Assembly (NCBI GenBank): GCA_964016885.1
Contig: OZ024740.1
Location: 410,998,001-411,062,000, forward strand
Reading direction: 5' to 3'
Length of the DNA stretch: 64,000 bases
Source: Eledone cirrhosa
Taxonomy: Eukaryota
Part shown: positions 1 to 13,610 of the stretch, piece by piece
How positions within the stretch are numbered: the first letter of the stretch is position 1
Layout: each line of letters opens with the position of its first letter
Notes under the pieces: model-generated
Told to the model about the DNA's origin: nothing
The model's input: the letters and a program-made list of their open reading frames with translations, nothing else
Database searches by the model: none
Translations under genes and position numbers: made by a program

Positions 1-738
1 TTACAGACTTCTGGTTTGTTGTTGCGAGCTATACCTTTTAACAGTCTCTCCTAATTGCACAGTTTTCGCTTAAAGTTCTGATATTTAGCCCTTTTCTGAT
101 AGTTATGAGACCTGACACGTATAAAGAGGACCATTTGAGATATTTATCGAGATTATATGAACGTAAGATCCGGGAGTCATGATTTAATGTCAATGTAGAT
201 ATTTAGGTATCTATAAATCTAAAATTTATTCGATAAAGTACACAAAACATCTACTGTAAATCAGTTGCGACCAAAATGACATAATAAAAAGACATTATTC
301 AAAGTTGTTCGAAATGTCGAAACTTTACTGAATATTGAGTAAATATCTGTTATATCGATTATGAAGGGACGTGTTCATAGAATAAAATACTGCATTAAAC
401 GAGGAGTGATTTGCATATGAAAACCAATTCACACACTTATATCTAATTTCCGTTCTATAGACATCTATTAATGAAAAGTATCCTAGGTTTTCCAAGTATT
501 GTGTTAAAGCAAATTATGGGCTGCAGGTCTATCGCTTGTTTGATAATAAGGAAATGTATACCAAACAATTTACAAATGTTAGGTAGCAAATACATTCTTT
601 AGATTTGAAGAGCAATGATCGGAACCATACGAAACACATATACTCATACGCGCACATACGGACATTCACACACGCAGTAATGTATGTGCACACACACACA
701 TATATATATAGCCATATAAATATCTACCTATCTTCCTG

Positions 739-773
<35 letters not shown>

Positions 774-817
774 CTTGTCCCCTTTTCTTGTGCGCCCTTG
801 TGGCTAATAAAGAAATA

Positions 818-875
<58 letters not shown>

Positions 876-879
876 ACAG

Positions 880-1402
880 CCGATTAAATTGACCGCCGAG
901 TCCGTGATGACAATCAAACCGCCTCCCCTCTTCACAAAGGAAGCAAAGGCGGTTTTTCTGTGCGTAATAGCCATGTTGAAAGAGGTTGTTTGGTGGACAC
1001 GATTGAAAGGTCTGAGGTCAGGCAACTTCCTCTCTGGCCATAGTCTGGTCTACTTCTTCCGATATCACTTCGGAAGAAGGATAAGAATGGAAAGAGAGGT
1101 GCTTGGCCACAGGCAGTTTTATGAAAGGTGGGTGATAGCAGCGAGAATGGCTCGTGTAAATGGGCCTTCTCTGTATACCATCCTGTAGGTAAAGAAGTAA
1201 AGGAGAAGGGAGCACCTTCTCCATGTGCTCCCCGGGCAAAGGATTGCACACTTTTTCGGGGGTGTGTGCAACCCCCATCACGTCCCCTCCCTTTTGAGGT
1301 TATTTTCGATTATTTTCATGTTACACCCTTTTTACTCGATTATATGTAAACTACCCCTTTGTATTTGTCCCTTCTTTTTATGCCTTTATGGTAAATAAAG
1401 AA

Positions 1403-1403
<1 letters not shown>
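880..1403 (+). mobile_element. Tx1/L1-type LINE 3' fragment with (ATCT)n tail
   Basis: ORF 889-1188 (AESV..KPPP.F..E..AVFLC..A..KEVVWWTRLKGL) matches the C-terminus of ORF 34769-36466. Ends in AATAAAGAAAT then (ATCT)n. A second 3'-end stub lies at about 773-815. Confidence 0.85.
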
Positions 1404-1441
<38 letters not shown>

Positions 1442-1485
1442 GTTTATGTAGATGTAATTGTTAGCGTCTTAATTGCCTTAAATAA

Positions 1486-1660
1486 TTGTTTCTACTTTTG
1501 CCACAAGGCCAGAAATTACACAGTACATTACTGGTACTTTATTTTATCGACCCCGCAAGGATGAAAGGCAAGGTTAACCTCGACGGGATTTGAACTCAGA
1601 CCTTAAAGGGATGTAATTATGCTAGAAAGCATGACCAACCCTCTACCGATACTGCCAATT
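1486..1660 (-). mobile_element. tRNA-derived SINE, family 1 (Meta-domain-like centre)
   Basis: Reverse complement of TGAGTTCAAATCCCG..GCCTTTCATCCTT..GGGGTCGATAAAATAAAGTACCAG; many copies in the window. Confidence 0.8.
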
Positions 1661-3404
1661 GCCTTAAATAATGGCACGCTCCTTCGTGGTTATGATGGTC
1701 GGCTCACAATCATAAGGTCGTAGTTTCGATATCTGGATCGAGCAAGACATTATATTCCACGCTACTTCAATCGACTGAACTGAGAAGTGAAAATCAACAG
1801 CTTACTCCCATCAGCAGCTGAGGATTAACTCAGCATCAGACAGGCATCCTGTGCTCCTCTCGGTTAACGCCTCTCGGTTATACGCTCCCCCAATGGTCAT
1901 TTGGCGTGACAGAAATGTTTAACAGTTTGTTAAATGTATTAATATAGTATTAAAACGGAATTAGAAAAATTGGGTTATTGCTAAATTGTGGATATATGTG
2001 TGTCTGGGTGTAACTGTGTATTTAGGTATATGTGTATGTGTACGAAAGTGAATAATAAATCTAAACATATCTATTCAAATGCCAAAAATATCCCCTGAAA
2101 TTTACTTCAAATGTATCCTTTGGCCCCTGCATCGATTGAAGCCTCGACATAGAAATAGACCCCCCCAAAAAAATCCCAAGAAAGAAAATTTGCATATTCT
2201 ACAAAATTCAGCTGAAATTGTTACTCATTTTTAACGTTCAACCAGTTGCCTTATATATTTGATGTGTAAATTTCAATACGAGCTGACTCAACGCATTTCT
2301 TAAGTAACATTTCCCTTGAAATGTAGTTGTTATTGATGACGATAAGTGCATAGGTAACGGTGCCGTTAAGGAGCGGTGGAACTGAATAATTGAATTCACG
2401 AGAGAAAATAATGCAAACGGTAATTGATTAGTGGAAGAATAAAAGCTAAAAGGATTAAGGGATGGTGGGTAGTGTATCGGTATTTAACAGCAATAATCTC
2501 TACCTGCAATTAAATAGCAACTTTTAAAACATTAAAATGCTTTGTCATTTCTAGGAAATGAACATCTGCATTACTTCCACGCTTAACTGCGGGAATAAAT
2601 TCGACACAGATTCTGAAAACTGTGACATAACCGAATGAAACTTTCACAAGCACAGGAAATACTATATAGCAATTATAGTTACACGAAATACAAGAAATAA
2701 CAGTTAAGTGACTAACGTACATTATATATATATATAGAGAGAAATTATGTGTGAAAAAAGGAATTGTAACATTTTAATCATAGATAGATCTGCTCTGGTT
2801 GACCTCTGTTTTTAACAAAAACATCGCTACACTGTCAGTGAATTGTTTTAAAGCAAACAGTTCCGTAACTAAAATCAATAAAACAGTAAACACTTTTTCA
2901 AGATAAATTTATAAGATTTTACATTCATGAAATGAATGTTAATACAGTCTGCATGCATATTTTGCACTTTCTCTCGACTGGCCTCTTCCTCGAACTTCCA
3001 CTCACACACTCTCTGCTTCTCCCCTTCTCACTTCCTCCCGTTTGGCCTGTAGTGGGGTCTTTTCCTGCTCACATCTCACTCGCGACGGACGGTCTGTAGT
3101 CTCTCGCTCATGAAATCCACACAGCTAAAGCTGATCGGACTCCCATGTGCTTGTTTTTTCCTATCCTTGCGTTGATATCCTTCTATGTGTGTTTACTGTC
3201 TCGCTAGTTTTACGCAATTTACTTCTCCCAATAGCTTTATTTAGCTATTGCTCGCACCAACTGGAGGTATATGATTTTTAAAGCGATGAAATACCAATAA
3301 AGGTTGGAAAATCACTGATGAAGGAGTATTTTTATCATATGTAACCCATATGCAACCACGCAGTATTCTTTCTTCTCATGTTTTTTTATATATATATATA
3401 TATA

Positions 3405-3505
3405 TTTTAATAAATATTTGCTCAATGGTTCTTATATATTTGATATATATTTATCCTTATCGAGCCCTCTTTGGATTTTACACTTCAAATTTATTATTAT
3501 TACTA
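3405..3505 (+). repeat. Isolated copy of the Naiad pLTR 3' end
   Basis: Closely similar to 6404-6500; embedded in TA repeats. Confidence 0.75.
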
Positions 3506-3523
3506 TGTATATATATATGTGAG

Positions 3524-3662
3524 AAAAACCACAGACCCTCCATCTCAACTCACCTTTTGAAAAGCAGAAGAACTGCGAAACCGGTAAAGGAACCAAATAA
3601 ATATATATATTTAAAAAAAAAATAAGACTTCAGTTGCATTTTCGATTTCATCTCTTTATACT

Positions 3663-3665
<3 letters not shown>
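3524..3665 (+). mobile_element. Short non-coding HHR-bearing element (PLE pLTR-like) in (TA)n
   Basis: Near-identical copies on the minus strand at 15346-15548 and 40346-40550. Confidence 0.8.
3553..3590 (+). ncRNA. Minimal type I hammerhead ribozyme, U3-A8 variant core
   Basis: cctt-TTGAAAA-gcag(aagaa)ctgc-GAAAC-cg-GTA-aagg; palindromic stem III ACCGGT. Confidence 0.75.
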
Positions 3666-3714
<49 letters not shown>

Positions 3715-4312
3715 TATGAAGAGAGAAGAAACATTTAGATATAATTAGTAATAAAATGTATCATACCTAAACTGCTCCTAAATTCCTCGACTACGTAGTT
3801 TCGTGGCATAAACAAAAACAATATATCATAAAGATATAGAGTCCTTGCGAGGTCTGCCGACTTATCAAGAGGATACCTCATTTTACTAGTCTCAAGAACG
3901 CGTCTACACGACGTGAGAAAGAATCCCAAAAGGCGGAGGGGGAGATAGTCACGCGATATAACGGTCGAGAAACAGAGCTAAGCCTCTTATAACCCCGAAG
4001 AAAATACCACGGAGGCGGAGGGGGTATTTATATCAAGGCCGTAGAAGAGGTGGTGAAGAAGGCGAGAAGTATGAGTAATGGAAGCTTTCCAGCTGTCCCC
4101 ACACTTCAAAGATTGCTCGACCAGAGGGAGTTATTAACAATATATTTATAAACACACAGATACATGCGGACACACACATATATACATGAATGCATCCGCA
4201 CCCAACTGTGAGTTAAGGGTGCCAACTTCACCGATGTTGCTCAATGAATGACTGGGACAGACCAATTCAGTTGAACTAGACTGAACCAGTCTGAACTATA
4301 TATATATATGTG

Positions 4313-4530
4313 AAGGCGTGTGGCTGAGTGGTTAGAGAATTGGATTCGCAATCGTAAGGTTGTGAGTTCGATTCCTGGACCAGGCGATGCGTTATGTCCT
4401 TGAGCAAGACACTTTATTTCACGTTGCTCCTTCTACCTGGAGTTGCGACCGATAGATAGTATTAGCAATTGGAAAGACCAACGGAAACATTGTTCCCTCG
4501 GTCCGATTTGACGAAAGTCGATCGTCTTCC
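4313..4530 (+). mobile_element. tRNA-derived CORE-type SINE, family 2
   Basis: A box TGGCTGAGTGG, B box GTTCGATTCC, CORE-like GTCCTTGAGCAAGACACTT; the 3' part recurs at 28163-28312. Confidence 0.8.
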
Positions 4531-4568
4531 TATATATAAATGTATATGTATATATATATATATATCTT

Positions 4569-4600
<32 letters not shown>

Positions 4601-4703
4601 CGTGTGTGAATATATATATATTTTTATATATATATATGTGTATGTATATATATATATATGTGTGTATATATATATATGTATATATATATGTATGTATATA
4701 TAT

Positions 4704-4777
<74 letters not shown>

Positions 4778-4821
4778 ATATATGAATTATAAGAATCAAA
4801 GAACTGTTCAAAACATTTTTA

Positions 4822-4868
4822 TGCTTACAACTGTTTCCTCCAATCCGAGGTTTGGATTCTTCGGACCA
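4822..4868 (-). ncRNA. Type I hammerhead-like motif, CCGAAGA core, in a PLE pLTR relic (about 4785-5500)
   Basis: rc: tggt-CCGAAGA-atccaa..ttggag-GAAAC-agtt-GTA-agca; homologous to 20517-20563 including the downstream flank; one stem I mismatch. Confidence 0.6.
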
Positions 4869-5746
4869 ATTTATTATTGAATGAACACTTATATGACCTC
4901 CTTTTCACCCAAGAGACATACAGACACATATGCAAATATTGTGGGTCAACATTCATTAAGCATTTAGTGTGGCAGCACACACTTAGAGATCACATTCATA
5001 TTAAAATTAAAAGATACAATAAAAAATACAGGTTAAAATACAACATGAAATTAAGCGGTTATAGAGTGCAATGGTTATATGTGTGGCAAGCACGTGCGTC
5101 TTGTTTATATAGTGTGGCAGAGAGTTAGGTGTAATAGAAGCACTTAAGCAGGTAATCAAGAGTGTTAAGAGGGTTGATCTGGTAATGAAATCTTTATATG
5201 ATTGTTATAGCCTGTGTGTGGAGAAATAATATAAGTATTAAAAATAATGTAAGCATTTAAAATATTGGAAATGCGTAGCGAAGCGATGATATGGATTTCA
5301 TGCACTGCGACATTTTCATAGTCTGGGGAGCGTACTTTTCAGATTATATGCCCCTCACATAATCCACGACGATTCGATATTGGGCGTTTGACAATCCAGT
5401 TAGAGAATCGTAGTCTAATGTTCTTTAGCTCAATACAGGAGGATGTTACGTTGCGAGAATCGACATCGAAATATTATCCGGAAGTGTGTGTGTGGCTAAG
5501 GGGAATTATTGCATGAGGGGAGGTAACTCAGTGGTTTCTATTACTAACTATTAAATTTTGCTCAAAACAGTCCCTAACCCATATGGTTATGCGCAGTTTC
5601 TAAAAAATTTCTAAAACCTAAAGTGCCCCAACTACAAAGTAGTCTATCAAGTTTATTACTGCCTACTACTGTTTAGGGTTTATAAAAATATATATAACTA
5701 CAAAAGGTTTTTGTATTTGCATAACCATAAATAGTATAATCAATAC

Positions 5747-5841
<95 letters not shown>

Positions 5842-5992
5842 TACATATATGGTAAGTGTTTTGCGTATGCTTGTGTATGTACGTATTTGTTTGCGTGTAT
5901 GTATTTATTTATTTCTATTACTTCTGTATTGTATTTATTAACTTTGTTCTTAACTCTGTAGCGGAGATTCATTCGGTCTCCTAATTAGAATT

Positions 5993-6252
5993 TTAGTCTA
6001 CGACTTCTGCTATACCACTTACGTGGTTTTGTCTTTGCGTGCTATTGTTCTCAACGCACCACATATGACGTATTATCTTCGTTTTTTTCGTTCATTGCCA
6101 GAGAACGTCTCTATGAACCACCTAAGAGAACATTAGTCTACGACCTCTTTTATACCATAAACGTGGTTCTGTCTTTGCGCGTAATTGTTTTTCACCGCTC
6201 CTATTAATGACGTATCTTATTCGTTTTTTCCCGTTCTTTGCCAGCGAACGTT
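5993..6252 (+). repeat. Two diverged ~140-bp tandem units in the pLTR
   Basis: TTAGTCTACGAC...GCCAG(A/C)GAACGT at 5993 and 6133. Confidence 0.8.
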
Positions 6253-6341
6253 TCCACAAACCAAAGTATCGTCTTCCTGTCTTCCTCCGGTTGCAACGCT
6301 TTTTAAAATATCCACTTCTGCGTTTACAGATTGACTTTGTT

Positions 6342-6392
6342 AGTTTCAGAAGATCCCATTAAGGGCGAAAGCAGCGATTCTTTGCTTAAACT
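6342..6392 (+). ncRNA. Type I hammerhead motif in the Naiad pLTR (U4A core change)
   Basis: agttt-CAGAAGA-tccc(attaa)gggc-GAAA-gcag..ttgc-TT-aaact, followed by AATAAA; partial minus-strand copy at 38881-38943. Confidence 0.65.
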
Positions 6393-6549
6393 TTAATCTG
6401 TTATTTTAATAAATATTTGCTCTACGGTTCTTATATATTTGATATATATTTATCCTTATCGAACCCTCTTTGGATTTTAGTCTTGAAATTTATTATTATT
6501 ATTAATATTTGGCTCCCTCGGTTGAGTACTCTACTGACTTATATTCATC

Positions 6550-8650
6550 ATGCAGAAACAACATCTGAATATTTCTACAAAGAACATATCCGTACCAAGC
6601 AGGAAAACATACCTAAAACTCCTGATACAGAAAACAGACGCGTTCATTAAAAGGTGGCGTTGGCGCGCCTTTTATTTCGATAACCCGCGAAAAGCAGACA
6701 ACAAACAGGATAAATTTGGATTCAAAACCTATAATAACCCCCCCGTGTAACCCAGCATTGCTACCCTTCGAAAATGATGTCTTGGAACTCATTCGGAGTA
6801 TCAAATTTCGGAATAGGAGCAATTCCTTCCAGCAAGACCTGAAGAATAGAATTCGTTCTATTAAGGATTCCAATGCCGTGCACGTCCATTCCGACAAAAC
6901 TGGCAACCTATATCAAGTGGAGCGCAGTACTTACCATCAACTACTACATAATGCTGTAACTAAGGATTACCGTAAAACTAATCGGTGTGTCATCAATGAA
7001 ATCAACGATGCTGGGTTTAAAATCACATCTGATCTCAACATCCTGGACCGGACCAAACCTCTGGACCCTATTTCTCCCCACTTTACCCTGAAGGATCACA
7101 AACCCAATTTTCCGAACAACCCCTCTATTCGGCTTATTAACCCTATGAAGTCCGATTTAGGTAGACTTAGTAAAACGATTCTTGATAGAATTATACCTGA
7201 AATTAGAAGTTTGGCCCCTCTTGCACTGTGGAACAATTCTTTCGCGGTGATTGATTGGTTGAACGGCATATGTAACAAGGAACATTGCCGTTTTATCCAA
7301 TTCGACATCAACAATTACTACTCCTCCATCACTTTACCACGTCTCCTTAGAGCTATCAATTTCGCTAAAACATTCACAGTGGTTAAGGATTTCGAAGTTG
7401 ATGTCATCCTCAATGCCCGAAAGTCGGTGATTAATTTCGACGACTCTATTTGGATTAAAAAATCCAATAGCACCCCATTCGACGTGAGCATGGGCGCTAG
7501 TGATTCTGCGGAGGTTACTGATCTTATTGGCCTTTTCCTTCTTTTCTCTATCAAGGACGAATTCCCCAACGCGGGCGGTGGTTTGTACCGTGACGATGGT
7601 CTATTGACCATGACTAAGTGCGGACCTCGTGCTTGCGACAGGTTCAGAAAAGAACTCACAGCCTTCTTTAAAGGCTTCAACCTCTCTATACAGGTTGAGG
7701 CCAATTTCTCGGTCGTTAATTACCTTGACGTTACCCTCAATTTATTGAATGGGTTGTATTACCCGTATAGAAAGCCGAATGATACGCTTAATTACATAAG
7801 TAAGCATTCCAACCATCCTGCCAGCATAACCAATAACCTGGTAAGAAACGTTTCATTGAGGCTTTCCCGTCTTTCCACCAACGAGCGTATTTTCAACGAC
7901 CATTCCACGTATTACAATGAAGCCCTTGCTCGAAGTGGATTTGTCGATAAGGTAGCATATACAGAGTACGAAAATAGACTTAGAAGAAATAGATCCCGTC
8001 GCATTTGTTGGTATAACCCACCATATAATATGGAGGTGGCCACACCATTAGCTAAGATCTTTCTTTCCCTTATTACGAAGCATTTTCCCCCTACACATAA
8101 ATATAGTAAAATTTTTAATAGAAATACTATTAAAATTTCTTACTCTACGACTCCTAACCTTGCACATAACATCACAGCTTCAAATTTAGCTAAACTACCT
8201 AGCCGTAGGAACACGTGCAACCCTGTAGTTAGTACTAACTGTAATTGTAGGAATCGGGCTGATTGCCCCCTATCCGGGAAATGCCTCTCTAGTAACATTG
8301 TCTACAAATGTAAGGTTGTAACACCCACGTCCCGTAGGGCCTACATAGGGTTAACCGCCAATAGATTCAAGCAGCGTCATTACACGCATACCCATTCTTT
8401 TCGTTACCCTCTAAGAAGGAATATGACGTCACTTTCAGCTTATATCTGGAGTCTAAAAGACAACCACACCCAATATAAGTTACACTGGGAGATCCTAGCT
8501 AGGGCTAGATCGTATAACGGAAATAAAAAACCTTGTGACCTCTGCGCCGCTGAGGCCCTGGAAATACTCTACGCCACAGACCACATCTTAAACAAAAAGT
8601 CTGAGGCAATTTCGGCTTGTAAACATAAATTGCACAAAACTTTCCTGTAA
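6550..8650 (+). CDS. Penelope-like (Naiad-type) reverse transcriptase + GIY-YIG endonuclease, one frameshift at about 6740
   Basis: N-terminal KNISVPS..YLK.LIQK..FIKRWRW (6550-6750) continues in ORF 6716-8650 with DKTGN, FDINNYY, MGASDSAE, YRDDGL, CNC..CPL..CL, IVY..YIG and C-terminal CxxC. Confidence 0.9.
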
Positions 8651-9111
8651 TACAGCCCCACGTTATACCCTAATGGATAGTACGATCTATACGTGGATAT
8701 TTTACGTCTTGATGTGGGCGCTAAGTATATATTTTGTTTATAACATTACTTATTTGCATAGGTAAGTATATTTACCCGTATGTTTCGTGAAGGTACGTAT
8801 ACCTTCTCGTATGTATATTTGATTGTTTATGTTATGGCGTATAAACATTTTTTCTTTTTTTATTCTGGTACATATGGTTCGGCTATGTGTATACGGGAGT
8901 TTTGCGTCTGTGTGAGTATGCAGGTTCGTACGTATGTAGGGTGTGTGTATATGTGTACGTCAGGTTTTGGTTGACTTTCGTCTCCGAACATTCGTGTATT
9001 TACATGTAGGTATGTGTGTGCGCTTGTTATTTACGTATTTATTTATTTATATACGTTTATATAATTATTTATTTATTTATTTGTATACACGCATACACAC
9101 ACACACATATA

Positions 9112-9149
<38 letters not shown>

Positions 9150-9173
9150 TATACATATATATATACATATATC

Positions 9174-9278
<105 letters not shown>

Positions 9279-9688
9279 ATGTATGTGTCTATATATTTAC
9301 AAAAAAAATGTGTACAGTGTATAATGTGCACAAGAAAATTAATACTAATCTATTTTCATTTCGTCGCAGTTATTTTGTTCTGTCACAAGAGAATTTTAGT
9401 ATTTGCATAAACATTCTTCATTTCTATTAAATACAAAGTATACAATGGAAAGTTTCACTGATAAAGAAAACTAAATTTAAATATGTAATAAATTGATTGA
9501 TCACTAAATGATTTCTGCAATTTATTCTAATGTAGGGGGGATAGTAGAGGCGGTGTTGTAGAGCATCGTGTCAGACTTAGTGCAGTAGTAAATGGGGTAA
9601 ACAATTCAATATGGAAATGAATGATTTTAAAACAAAATAAAAATAAATCTCAGAATAAATGTACATCTGCACAGTACTCATTAATCAT

Positions 9689-9735
<47 letters not shown>

Positions 9736-9755
9736 GATGCTACTACTACCGATAA

Positions 9756-10140
9756 TGGTTTCTGATTTAGGCAAAAAGGTCAACCATTTTGGGTGAGGGG
9801 AATGTCAATTAAATCGACCCCAATGCGTTACTGGTAGTTTATTTTATCAACCCCGTAAGGATGAAATTCAAAGCTATCCTCTGCGAAATATGAACTCAGA
9901 ACGTAACAATACCAATAATACCAATCCTCCACACTCTCCTATCACTATTACAAATAAGTATTTCTACTTTAGGCACAAGGTCAGCAATTTTTAGGGAAAG
10001 GAAAGTTGATTATATCGACCCGAGTACTTGATTGTTACATTATTTTATCGACTCCGGAAATATGATAAGTTAAGTTGAATTCGAAGATAAAAGCAGAATC
10101 AAATACCAAAATAAATATTTCTGCAGCACTAACGACCCAG
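9756..10140 (-). mobile_element. Two tandem diverged family-1 SINEs
   Basis: Each has GTTTCT..GGCACAAGG..TTTTATC(G/A)AC(C/T)CCG. Confidence 0.7.
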
Positions 10141-10899
10141 CACCCCAATATCATTTTTTGTATTCGTCGATAGCTTCAGCAAGGTTGTGCAAGGAATTAA
10201 ACAGATGTGTGTAAGTCACTTTAAATAGAGGCAAATTAACCAACACTGACAATATTCCACTAGACATAGACAGTGAAGTTACAGAATTAGATTACAATAA
10301 CACGTACTAATACCTAGTAGTATACGAAACTGTTAACATACAGAAGGAAATGAATGTCAGTATTACAAAATATTACAACAGCAGAATAATATTGAAATAT
10401 TGAACTCAATGTTGAAAATAAAATATTAATTAGAAGTATTCTGATCATATTAGATAAAATTACAGTTTTAGAAGCTAACTGAATAGAAATATTTAGATGA
10501 AAAAAAAACCCCCTGAACGAAACAGGAAATAACTGACAACATACCAAATCCACCACCCGAATACACACACACACAGTATATACATACGACACACACCAGA
10601 AGTGCTTGGCCTGACTCAAATAGAAAACTAATGTAAAATAACAACATTTAGGCAAGGAAATCATATAGAATCAACAGAGGAAGACTGGTAAATATAATAA
10701 AGAAACACGAATAGAACAAAACATTTTTTGACTACATACAAGTCAGACAAATAATAAAAATACGTTGAAACACTAGATTTAGATAAAAAAAAAATAGTTT
10801 GAAGAGACAAAAACAATTTAAAATGGAAATTCAAAACATACTAAAGGAAAATGGAATGAAAAATTACTCCACAGTCAATACCTTCTCGGGTTTCACGTC

Positions 10900-12720
10900 G
10901 AAGTAAACTAAAATCAAAAGTCAACATCGGTTGAAAAATTCCAGACGAAAACTCAAAACGGAAGGACTGAATCTTTTAGCTCAATAAAAATGTCTGACCA
11001 CAAACAATTATAAAAATATAATTATGAAAACGATTCCTAAATCAAAAACACAAAATGTGCAACTAGAATAGTGTGATGGCTTACTACATCCTCTCAGGCT
11101 GACCTACCGCTGCCAAGTCAGAACAGATACATAGACGTCATCAAGGACTGGTATAAACATGTATTAAATAAGGTAGATGACAACAAGCTTGTCTCCCCAA
11201 ACTGACTCGGAAATCAAGGGAAAACATCCAATCGTGGGTTGTATAAAACATATGCATATTAATAAACATCAATTCCTTCTGACCATAGTATTTCTAGAAG
11301 ATTGTCAAAATACAACGGTTTCAAATAAGAAATACATAAACTGGGAGATATGAAAGTAAAAACAATATGAATAATAATCGGATAATTAAATATGATTAAA
11401 AATCTGAAGGAAAACAGAAGTTATTACATACACGCTAAACAAAAATAACTCTTGTAGGAAAAGACTATATCATGCACAAGGAATTGCCGATTTAACATCA
11501 TAGCTCAAATCATGACAAACAACACGCGCCCTACACAATAAAAACCCAATAAAAAAGAAAAGCGCCCATGAAAGGTCTTGTAGTTGGAAATTATAGATCT
11601 ATTGCTAGGTGAAACCTGTTTTGGAAATAATTGGCTGGAATACTTTGTGAACAAGCGTATCATCAACTATTATCCAACAGAATCCTGCTTTATAGAACTA
11701 AAAGGTTGCAAGAAAAACTGTGTACAAATAATCATCTTGCCATATAGATGACAATGATGAAATTCTGAAAGTACCTATGGAAAAAATCTGAACATGGTAT
11801 GGATAGAATTAAACAAAAAAGCTTAGAATATAGTACATATTGCTAGATTCTTGAATCTATGAGCATTTTTAGGGAGGCAGATATTCTAAGCAAATTCATA
11901 GAATCTAGCATGAAGGATTGGAGCACTATTTTGTACACTTATAAGAGGATCCTCGGTAATGTGAACATAAATATATGAGATTTTCAGGACTAACCCTTTC
12001 CCAATATTGTTTTTATACAATTATCATTAGAAGTGAGTAAGGGTTACAAATTGGCGATAGATTTTGTTAACCCATCTATAAAGCACCAGTATTTATCGAC
12101 GATTTCAAACATTCTAACGTCTGCAATATAAGTATAGTCACTACAAAAGCCACTCCAAAGGTGTAGCCATGACATAGGCATATATTTGTTGTCGGAAAAT
12201 GTACAATTGTCAACGTGAAAAGAAAGAAAAAGTATCACGCAACTCTTATACAATTGCCACCTAGCGAAGAATTGAGTTATGGCTAGTACAACTATTTAGA
12301 AATCCGAGAGGCTAGCCAGTGAATGCTTGGCCGAATGAAGGACAATTAAAAAACCCATATTAATACAGTCTAAAACATGATACGCCCAAACTGCAAGAAA
12401 AATCCTGATTCTTGTTGGAAACACTTCGTCTGTGTTCGTGATATGGTAGAATGCTTTGATTCTCATGTCAACCAACGTTAAGATTGAGGAGATCTATCAC
12501 AGAATCAGAAAAATGGGCCAATAAATGAAAAAGTAGTGACTAAAAAAGATGTTAAGAGACAAGTATTTGCGAAGAAAAGAAAAGCAGTATTTGGAAGGAT
12601 ATTAAAAGACAATCGGCTGAGATAAAGCCTCAAATGTTTGGGAATTGGTTCTATCATAGTGATCTAAAATGGTAATCTGACACACAGCTGATCTCAGTCC
12701 AAGACTTAGCTTCCAGTACT
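10900..12720 (+). pseudogene. Highly decayed R4/Dong-like LINE RT region
   Basis: Remnants KGCKK, LNMVWI, ILESMSIF..FIESSMKDWST resemble the 55861-56337 product; many stops. Confidence 0.45.
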
Positions 12721-13207
12721 AAATCAATGACTCTAAGTGTTATATTATCTTGGCGAAATTGCACCGTGCTGCCTATTTGAAATGAATTCAAAACGTGTCG
12801 CCTACTTGTTGTGTGCACACAATTTCGAATTTTGAAATTAAAACTTTTCGAATGTTCTTTAACTCAAGTAGATGTTCTCACATGTAGCTATATAATTATA
12901 ATGTTAAACAAATGGTGATCAATTACCATGGCCACCTTAGCTTAAAGTTTAAAGCACATGGACAGTACCTGGGTTGGGTGTTTCAATAACACGATGGCAA
13001 GACTGTACAGGTTTTCAGGGTCCAGGATGTATTATAAGATTTATTCAACTACTATTTATGGTGAGCGCCTATTAGTATATCGCGGCAGAGCTATTGCATG
13101 TGGTGGATAGCGATACAATAATGGTTGGCTGTTCCTGTAGGACGAATAAGAAACCCAGACCAACATTGGTAAACTAAATGGTGAGAGGGAGCTAGGCGTG
13201 ACAGTGT

Positions 13208-13267
<60 letters not shown>

Positions 13268-13269
<2 letters not shown>

Positions 13270-13503
13270 TGAAAAAGAACAAAGGAACTATTATGTCATT
13301 ATAACAAGTTTATTGCCGACAGCCGTTTCGTCCGACCATATGGTGGGACTTTTCTAGGCATATAACAGGTGATTGTAAGTTCATTAATGAACTTACAATC
13401 ACCTGTTATATGCCTTGAAAAGTTCCACCATATGGTCGGACGAATCGGCTGTCGGCAATAAACTTGTTATAATGTCATAATAGTTCCTTTGTTCTTTTTC
13501 ATT
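13268..13503. repeat. 236-bp spacerless palindrome (inverted pLTR) with two hammerhead motifs
   Basis: Centre TCATT|AATGA at 13385/13386; 118-bp arms with a few mismatches; the element extends to about 13612 between (TA)n tracts. Confidence 0.9.
13411..13457 (+). ncRNA. Type I hammerhead motif, U3-A8 core (mirror copy 13314-13360, minus strand)
   Basis: Consensus of the arms: tgcc-TTGAAAA-gtcc(caccatatggtc)ggac-GAAAC-ggct-GTC-ggca; each arm has a different core lesion. Confidence 0.7.
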
Positions 13504-13610
13504 CATATTTCTGCTCTGCTTATACGCATAGAGCTTAACTAGCTACCGTCGCATATTTGGTAGGTCAGGCGTGATCATCGCGATTCACGTACGACCTACC
13601 ATACATCTTG

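Larger units (their letters stand above)
5670..9090 (+). mobile_element. Near full-length Penelope-like element, Naiad-type, with upstream pLTR
   Basis: HHR-containing upstream repeat, RT+GIY-YIG ORF, flanked by TA-rich microsatellite; boundaries approximate. Confidence 0.85.

Noticed and set aside
3315-3345. CTGATGA at about 3315 (also at 53152)
   Set aside because: No stem II-GAAA-stem III follows, so not a hammerhead.
6550-8650. Selenocysteine recoding, known in some Naiad PLEs
   Set aside because: No in-frame TGA in the Naiad ORFs here and the Cys codons are retained; the stop at 49519-49521 is TAA.
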